The notes beneath the pieces were generated by a model, which saw only the letters and a program-made list of their open reading frames with translations, ran no database searches and was not told the origin of the DNA. From Candidatus Jordarchaeia archaeon (GTDB lineage: Archaea; Asgardarchaeota; Jordiarchaeia; Jordiarchaeales; Jordiarchaeaceae): a DNA stretch of 21,930 nt. The position numbers and the translations under genes are program-made. Shown in pieces: positions 15,777 through 21,930 of this stretch. Position 1 is the stretch's first letter. Each line of letters begins with the position of its first letter. The stretch lies in contig JAHQXB010000107.1 of the NCBI GenBank assembly GCA_029856435.1, forward strand, positions 1 through 21,930. The letters run 5' to 3'.

Positions 15777-16766
15777 TCACCGATGAGGCCTCCTCCTCAT
15801 CATCGGTCCCATAATAAATGGCGTTGCTGGTCCTTCCTCACGTATTTCCCTACCAGTGTGATATAGAAATACGTCGTTCAGAGTGGGTTCTTGAAGGGTA
15901 AGTGACTCAATAGGGATGCCTTTGTCCCTCGCCCAGCAAGCCACATCCGTGATGTGCTCTTCACCATTCTGAAGACCTATCTTCACCAAGTCACTGGTTT
16001 TCTTAACACTTTTCACAAATTCCAGTTCAGAAACCATCTTTGCCAGTCTATCAGCATACTTGGTCTTCACCGTAATCACATCCCCACCCAACTGCTTTTT
16101 GAGCTCCTCAGGAGTCCCTTCAGCCTTAATTTTGCCAAAATCAATAATCGCCAACCTATCACAAAGCCTATCAGCCTCATCCATATAGTGGGTAGTCAGA
16201 ATAGTGGTTATCTTCTCCTTTTTGGTCAGAACCTCAATATATTGCCATATTCGCTCCCGAGTCTGGGGATCCAATCCAATTGTGGGTTCATCGAGGAAAA
16301 GTACTTTTGGCCTGTGTATTAGGCCTCGGGCGATTTCGAGGCGTCTGCGCATTCCTCCGGAATAGGTTCTTACAAGGTTTTTTGCTCTGTCGGTTAGTTC
16401 TACGAGTTCTAGGGCTTCGTCTATTCTTTTTTTTGCGACTTCTTTGGGGACGTTGTAGAGCATGGCGTGTATTTCCATATTTTCGCGGCCGGTTAGCTGG
16501 TCATCTAGTGCTGGGTCTTGGAAGACTATCCCTATGGATTTTCTTACTTGGTCCGGTTGTTTCACGACGTTGTAGCCGTTGACGTAGGCTTCACCAGAAG
16601 TTGGAAGGAGCATGCATGAGAGTATGGAGAGTGTGGTTGTTTTTCCGGCGCCGTTTGGTCCAAGGAGGCCAAATATCTCTCCTTCCTTTACTTTAAGGTC
16701 TATTCCGTTTACAGCAGTTATGTCTCCAAACTTTTTGACGAGTTTACGAGTCTCTATCATGTACAT
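15777..16766 (-). CDS. ABC exporter ATP-binding subunit (DrrA-like)
   Basis: Walker A GPNGAGKTT, signature YSGGMRRR, Walker B LFLDEP, H-loop TTHYM, and a C-terminal EPTLNDVF accessory domain. Confidence 0.96.
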   Translation of the reverse strand: MYMIETRKLVKKFGDITAVNGIDLKVKEGEIFGLLGPNGAGKTTTLSILSCMLLPTSGEAYVNGYNVVKQPDQVRKSIGIVFQDPALDDQLTGRENMEIHAMLYNVPKEVAKKRIDEALELVELTDRAKNLVRTYSGGMRRRLEIARGLIHRPKVLFLDEPTIGLDPQTRERIWQYIEVLTKKEKITTILTTHYMDEADRLCDRLAIIDFGKIKAEGTPEELKKQLGGDVITVKTKYADRLAKMVSELEFVKSVKKTSDLVKIGLQNGEEHITDVACWARDKGIPIESLTLQEPTLNDVFLYHTGREIREEGPATPFIMGPMMRRRPHR

Positions 16767-17311
16767 GGTTTCACCCCTTTTTGGTGTTGTAAATTTTTAA
16801 GCTGGTTTTTAATTTCGCTTAGGGCTGAGGGTAGCTTTTCGTTAAATTTTTTTAGAAGCCCGTGGAACTGTATTATTTCTTCCTTTGTGAAAACGGAGTC
16901 CATAAGGCGTTGCATAAAATTTTCAAAGTGTGAAATCGCAGTTTCAAGTTTTATGGAGCCTTCGGGTGTTATTTCCACAAAGATTCTTCGGCGGTCGTTT
17001 CTGTCCCGCACCCTCCTCACATATCTCTGGGCTTTTAGTCTGTCGATTAGTCCTGTAATGTTTCCTTTGGTCACCTTTAGAATCTCTGCTAATTCGCTTA
17101 GTGGAACCCGCTCATCGTTGAGCATATTGTGGTAGAGGTATGCGAGGACGCGGAATTGGGCTAGTGTAATTTGGCATTCTCGCTGGAGGTGGGAGTCGAG
17201 TTCTCTGTCTATCATTCCTTTGATTTGGTGTAGGAGGACGAATGGGGTCTTCTCGCTAAGCATTTTTCTGAGTAGTGTTTCGATTTGTTGTGGGTGTGAG
17301 TACTCTTCCAC
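16757..17311 (-). CDS. MarR-family transcriptional regulator
   Basis: ITLAQFRVL...LSELAEILKVTKGNITGLIDRLKAQRYVRRVRDRNDRRRIFVEITPEG winged HTH. It overlaps the ATPase start by 10 bp, consistent with translational coupling. Confidence 0.93.
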   Translation of the reverse strand: MEEYSHPQQIETLLRKMLSEKTPFVLLHQIKGMIDRELDSHLQRECQITLAQFRVLAYLYHNMLNDERVPLSELAEILKVTKGNITGLIDRLKAQRYVRRVRDRNDRRRIFVEITPEGSIKLETAISHFENFMQRLMDSVFTKEEIIQFHGLLKKFNEKLPSALSEIKNQLKNLQHQKGVKPCT

Positions 17312-17453
17312 AAGGCTTCACCCTGATTTGACCCTGTCCAGTTTGATTTACATATTAAAAGTTTATATATAAATTTTATCGGCAAAGCACTCACATAAAC
17401 ACAACATTCGCTCCCCAAGAATTGGACAAAAAGAGAACCAAATTTTTTTGAGA

Positions 17454-17480
17454 ATTGACACAGCGCCATTGACCAGCGCC
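17454..17480. repeat. Short tandem direct repeat in the divergent marR / acyl-CoA synthetase intergenic region
   Basis: attgacacagcgcc immediately followed by attgaccagcgcc. Confidence 0.6.
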
Positions 17481-17805
17481 CAGTTTTATGTGCATTCACC
17501 GATAATTCAGGGGGATGGCGGGTATCTTAGCTGTCCCCAGAGCGAGGCAATGTTCTCCAGTGAAAAATGGTGGCTGATTGTGATTTCGAAATTTTTGTAT
17601 TAAACCTTCTGTTCAAAGAACTATATATAGGTCTCTTTTTGGGAAAAGAAGCCCGAAAAAGATTTTTCTCTTGGTTTGGGATTCTCAAAAATACTAAAGT
17701 TTCGCCAATGGAGGGTATAATTGCTCCTAATTTCGCCGCGTAGTTTATATATTAGAGAGTTATAGCTTTTTCTAAATCAAATAAGTTGTAGGAAGGTAAG
17801 TTTGT

Positions 17806-19455
17806 ATGGCTGACGATTTGCAAATGAATCTTATGAGAAGGTTTTGTGTAGGAGATTTGATTCGGAGAACCGCAAGGAGATGGCCTAAGAAGGAAGCCTT
17901 TGTTTATAGCTATAAGGGAAAAGTTACACATCGGCTCACCTACGAAGAATTCAACAGGCTGGTTAACAGGTTTGCCAATGCTATGCTGGAGATGGGAGTC
18001 AAGAAGGGAGACGTTGTAGGCATAATTTCGCATAACAGTGTACAGATGGGTGTATATCTTTACGGAATAGCGAAAATTGGGGCTTGGATTTGTCCCCTAA
18101 ACTTTGCCCTTAGGGGAAAAGAGATTACGGAGCTGATAAACCACGCCAAGCCAAAGGTTCTCTTCGTGGAAGACGAACTGGTTGAACATGTAAAGGAACT
18201 TGCAAAAGAAATGCCCAGTGTGAAAATATACAGTATGATAAACCTAAAGAACGAAGTGAAACTTCCGAAAGGTTGGATTGATTTTGATGAACTGATGTCG
18301 GACAAGTATCCAGACACTGAACCTGAAGTAATCGTAAACGCGGATGACGTTTTAACCCTCATGTATACTAGTGGGACAGAAGCTATGCCCAAGGGAGTTC
18401 TTAACACCCACGGCAACTGGTACTCCACATTCATGAGCGCCCCAATAGACCTACATATGGGCAAGGAAGATACTGTGATAGACTCTATACCTCTCTACCA
18501 CGTGGCAGGTCAATACCTATTCTTCGCAACACTGGCAGCGGGAGCCAGAATAGTTATGCACCATGAACCCAGCCCCATAGAAATCATTTCCCTAATCCAG
18601 AACGAGAAAGTAACGTCCATAGTGTATCCCCCAACGGTTTTCACCAATCTTCTCTCACTAAACATTCCCAATTTGGCAGAATTTCTGGGCAAAGCCTTTG
18701 GAAGCGTAAAGAAGGCCATTATATTTGGCTCCCCCATAGCAGAGGCCAGCTTGAGCAAACTGATGGAACTCCTCCCCCACGTTTACTTTATGAATTATTA
18801 TGGACAATCTGAATCCACACCTCTGGGAACAACTATTCAGCACCCAGACTTCATCAGAAAACTAAGAGAAGCAAATGAAAAGTATGGAGGAGCAGAACCC
18901 ATAGGGCAACCCCACCACACCGTGGAAATGAAGGTATTCGACGAGAATGATAATGAGGTTCCACCAGGAACAATTGGAGAGCTGGTTATGAGAAGCCCCT
19001 CAGTAATGCTGGGATACTACAAGGAACCCAAGAAAACCGCGGAAGTCTTCAGAAACGGTTGGTTACACACCGGAGACCTGGGAATAATGGATGAAGAGGG
19101 ATACTTCTACTTCGTAGACCGAAAGAAGGACATTGTGAAAACCGGCGCAGAGAACGTTTCAACAGTGGAAGTAGAAGGAGTAATATTCAGACACCCCAAA
19201 GTAGCCGAAGCCACCGTAGTTGGCCTCCCACACGCAAAATGGGTGGAAGCAGTCACCGCCTTCGTGGTGCCCAAACCAAACCAAACCCTCACAGAGGAGG
19301 AAATCATCCAGTACTGCAAAGAAAACCTCGCAGGATACAAGGTACCCAAAAAAGTAATAATTCTTGACACACTTCCCAAGAACCCCAGCGGAAAAATCCT
19401 CAAAAAAGTACTCAGAAAACAGTACCAAACCACTTACGAGGGAGAAAAAGCATAA
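17806..19455 (+). CDS. AMP-forming acyl-CoA synthetase (long/medium-chain fatty-acid-CoA ligase family)
   Basis: ANL-superfamily motifs LMYTSGTEAMPKG, YGQSE, WLHTGDLG, DRKKDIVKTGAENV and LPKNPSGKILK. Confidence 0.95.
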   Translation: MADDLQMNLMRRFCVGDLIRRTARRWPKKEAFVYSYKGKVTHRLTYEEFNRLVNRFANAMLEMGVKKGDVVGIISHNSVQMGVYLYGIAKIGAWICPLNFALRGKEITELINHAKPKVLFVEDELVEHVKELAKEMPSVKIYSMINLKNEVKLPKGWIDFDELMSDKYPDTEPEVIVNADDVLTLMYTSGTEAMPKGVLNTHGNWYSTFMSAPIDLHMGKEDTVIDSIPLYHVAGQYLFFATLAAGARIVMHHEPSPIEIISLIQNEKVTSIVYPPTVFTNLLSLNIPNLAEFLGKAFGSVKKAIIFGSPIAEASLSKLMELLPHVYFMNYYGQSESTPLGTTIQHPDFIRKLREANEKYGGAEPIGQPHHTVEMKVFDENDNEVPPGTIGELVMRSPSVMLGYYKEPKKTAEVFRNGWLHTGDLGIMDEEGYFYFVDRKKDIVKTGAENVSTVEVEGVIFRHPKVAEATVVGLPHAKWVEAVTAFVVPKPNQTLTEEEIIQYCKENLAGYKVPKKVIILDTLPKNPSGKILKKVLRKQYQTTYEGEKA

Positions 19456-19480
19456 AACCACAATAAAACAAATCTTTTTA

Positions 19481-20488
19481 CTATTTTTTTACTTTTTCCA
19501 CTTTTGATAGGACTTTTTCGCCCTGTTCTTTTAGCAATTCTTCAACCCTAACTTTATCCACCGCAGTAGTGGTACCCGGCGCCGTAACGCAGACAGCTCC
19601 CGCAGCTTCTCCATAGGCTAAAACCTCCAAGAGCTGGTTTTCGTCTAGCTTGATTCCTTCACTCAGAGTTTTACCCTTCAAATCTAACAATTTTTTGATG
19701 AAGCCGGCACAAAAGGCGTCTCCAGCCCCAGTGGGGTCTATGGCGTCCACCTTGAAGGCCGGCATAGAATATATTTCCCCCTCATAGGCCGCTAATAGGC
19801 CTTTATCGCCCATGCTTACCACAGCCATTTTCACTCCTAGGTTAACCAATTCTTTCACAGCATCTCTTAACTCTTTCTTGCCTGTGATTTCTGAGGCTTC
19901 CAAATTGTTGCAGTGAAATATGTCTATTAGGGGAGCGGCTCCTACAAGGAAATCCCAGCCCTTACTGTAAGGTCTTATGGGGTCAAGGAAAGTTAAGCAG
20001 CCCAGTTCTTTAGCCATTTTGAGGACTTCTAGTAGTTTCTCGTCAAACTGGCCCAGAAGACCCACAGCACCCCCATAAAGTATGGTGGGCCTTTCAGACT
20101 TGAGCACTCCTTTCACAAATTCCGGTTCCAAGTAGAGGTTGGCTCCCACATCGAAGTGGAACCTTCTATCTTCCCCCCTAACCACCAAGATGAGATCCTT
20201 TGAAGTGTCAGCTTTGCTTGTCCGAATTAAGTGGGTAACCATTCCAAAACTGTTTAGGCTCCTCTCCACAAAGTCTCCCAGCAAATCTTCCCCCACCGCA
20301 CCCACACTGCTCACTTCCCCTCCCTTTAACCCGAGCTTTACCAGATCTATCGAAACATTCGCCGCATGTCCACCTATGTACATCCCTACTGGAGTGAAGG
20401 TAACCTCCCCCGGAGATGAAACCTTCTGCAAGTCTGCTGCTATGAAATCCACCACCATTATTCCCACACAGGTAACATTCACCGGCAT
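19481..20488 (-). CDS. PfkB/ribokinase-family carbohydrate kinase
   Basis: GGHAANVS, GAVGEDLLG, NNLEA, VSMGDKG and the PfkB signature DPTGAGDAFCAG. Confidence 0.93.
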   Translation of the reverse strand: MPVNVTCVGIMVVDFIAADLQKVSSPGEVTFTPVGMYIGGHAANVSIDLVKLGLKGGEVSSVGAVGEDLLGDFVERSLNSFGMVTHLIRTSKADTSKDLILVVRGEDRRFHFDVGANLYLEPEFVKGVLKSERPTILYGGAVGLLGQFDEKLLEVLKMAKELGCLTFLDPIRPYSKGWDFLVGAAPLIDIFHCNNLEASEITGKKELRDAVKELVNLGVKMAVVSMGDKGLLAAYEGEIYSMPAFKVDAIDPTGAGDAFCAGFIKKLLDLKGKTLSEGIKLDENQLLEVLAYGEAAGAVCVTAPGTTTAVDKVRVEELLKEQGEKVLSKVEKVKK

Positions 20489-20711
20489 AGACAGCCTCCC
20501 TAAGAAACATTTATTCTATAATTCAACTAGTATTAAAATTATTAGATTTGAAGAACCGGTGTACCGTAAAACCAATGACAGCAACTAAATTTCCACAAAA
20601 AATAATCTACAAAACAGCTATCATTCACCTCCTTTTCCCAATATTGAGCCACCATTGGAAGGAAAATGTTTCAAAAAAATAAATACTAAAATGTTTTTAT
20701 TTGGGCAATTG

Positions 20712-21827
20712 CTAAATTCTCGTCACTAATGGGAACTGGTATTGGTTTAGGCCGAGTTCATTTTTCATTATTAGTATGTCTTTTTGCAGGTTGGGATTTA
20801 TGGGTATACCTGTTTTTAGCCTCTCCTTTTGCTTCTCATACTCTTTTTCACCGGCAGTATAAATCCTGGTCTGGCCCGGGGCCTTCTTGGAGCTTCTCAA
20901 TTGCCTCACTATGTTTCCCGCCGTAGCCTTAAATTCCTCTAGGGAGGTGAAACTGGAAACGTTTACTGCGAGGAAGAAGTGGCCCAGACGGTAAGGTGTT
21001 TTCTTGTCCCTATCCGCCTCGGCGAGACCCTTAAGGTAGGGGCCGCCTCCAAAAGCGGCGCTGAGAATCTCAACTAGGGTTGAGTATCCATAGCCCTTGT
21101 GCCCCCCTGTGGTTTCGCCCAACCCTCCCAGTGGTAGAAGTGCAGCTGTACCGTCAATCAGGCCTTTAAGTATAGATTTGGTGTCAGTTAGAGGTTTACC
21201 ATCAGCACCAATAACTAGGCCTTCAGGAGTGGGTTCACCGAGCCTGTCCAAAACTTCTATTTTTCCTCTCTGGGTGATGGATGTGGCACAATCGATTATG
21301 AAGGGAAATTCTTCGTCTGTGGGGCAGCCGAAAGTTAGAGGGTTGGTTCCCAGCATGGGCTCCACACCGAATGTGGGAGCAACGGCGGGTCTAGCGTTGG
21401 TAATTGCCATGCCCACCATTCCCTCCTTTACAGCCATCAAAACGTAGTAGCCCGCTATACCGAAATGGTTAGAGTTCCTCACAGCAACAGCCCCAGTACC
21501 ATACTCTTTAGCCTTAGCAATAGCCATTTGCATGGCGCGGTAAGCCACTACGTGGCCCATACCGTTTCCGCCATCAAGGAGGGCAGTCGTAGGACCCTCT
21601 CTCACAACGCTGATTTTTGTGACAGGAAGCTGTTTTCCCTCCTTAATGCGGTCATAGTACATTTTCAACCTTTGGATACCGTGAGAATCAATACCCCAGA
21701 GATCAGAGGTAATCAAAACCTCGGCGCAAATATCAGCGTCCACACGAGGAACACCCACACCAACGAAAACATCAACCATAAAATTACGAAGCATCCCCAC
21801 ATCAACATAGACAACTTCACCACTCAT
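20712..21827 (-). CDS. Type-2 malate/L-lactate dehydrogenase family oxidoreductase (Ldh_2; ComC/AllD/YiaK-like)
   Basis: DLWGIDSHGIQRL, LDGGNGMGH, VRNSNHFG, LGTNP and GHKGYG motifs. The start is probably ATG 21827 (GGGGTG SD) rather than 21854. Confidence 0.93.
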   Translation of the reverse strand: MSGEVVYVDVGMLRNFMVDVFVGVGVPRVDADICAEVLITSDLWGIDSHGIQRLKMYYDRIKEGKQLPVTKISVVREGPTTALLDGGNGMGHVVAYRAMQMAIAKAKEYGTGAVAVRNSNHFGIAGYYVLMAVKEGMVGMAITNARPAVAPTFGVEPMLGTNPLTFGCPTDEEFPFIIDCATSITQRGKIEVLDRLGEPTPEGLVIGADGKPLTDTKSILKGLIDGTAALLPLGGLGETTGGHKGYGYSTLVEILSAAFGGGPYLKGLAEADRDKKTPYRLGHFFLAVNVSSFTSLEEFKATAGNIVRQLRSSKKAPGQTRIYTAGEKEYEKQKERLKTGIPINPNLQKDILIMKNELGLNQYQFPLVTRI

Positions 21828-21930
21828 CAGAAGACACCCCCATTTACTATGCATTAAGGGGATTTTAAATATTTGTCAATCACAACAGTGGCACCGAGTT
21901 AAAAGTACCTAGAATACCAAGAGAAATTAT

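Noticed and set aside
17636-17654. tttttgggaaaagaagccc resembles part of the leader-like repeat
   Set aside because: The match is short and low-complexity, and similarity does not continue into the TATA/aacgatt core.
20607-20632. Perfect GGAGGTGA SD on the minus strand between the dehydrogenase and the kinase
   Set aside because: It directly abuts an ATG (zero spacing) that opens only MIAVL*, and the overlapping 37-codon ORF has no support.
732-21857. Antisense and alternative-frame ORFs nested in real genes (e.g. 1880-2212, 4846-5196, 16280-16582, 20139-20588, 21097-21447)
   Set aside because: Shadow ORFs of well-supported genes, with no independent domain or initiation signals. The strong third-position skew favours long stop-free alternative frames.
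1-21930. CRISPR repeat-spacer array, other cas genes, tRNA or rRNA genes
   Set aside because: Reading the intergenic regions, I found no 24-40 bp unit repeated at regular spacing, no Cas1/2/3/7/10-like ORF, and no tRNA or rRNA signature. This was a manual check, not a computed one.

Overview
Archaeal genomic window (TBP, multi-OB RPA, KaiC-like/V4R fusion, TATA-type promoters). The gene mix suggests an Asgard- or Bathyarchaeia-like lineage, but that is inference only. From left to right: the 3' end of an IS66-like transposon; a gamma-carbonic-anhydrase-like gene; a tbp - orphan cas6 - RPA block; a small OB-like ORF; a degenerate KaiC/RAD55-V4R fusion; an amidohydrolase; a 753-aa (alpha/alpha)6-barrel protein; two Zn-ribbon proteins; a 46-aa Lys-rich ORF missed by the ORF track; an AttH-like beta-barrel protein; a MarR + ABC-2 exporter operon; an acyl-CoA synthetase; a PfkB kinase; and an Ldh2/Mdh-type dehydrogenase. 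I found no CRISPR array, other cas gene, rRNA or tRNA. The most unusual part is 1421-6045, where tbp, cas6 and rpa are interleaved with a family of non-coding elements. Two are roughly 90%-identical ~165-bp direct repeats flanking cas6, one is a diverged copy after rpa, and one is a short inverted core copy before tbp. They resemble CRISPR leaders with no array attached. The window also shows a kb-scale sawtooth of G/T- versus A/C-ending synonymous codons, judged by eye.
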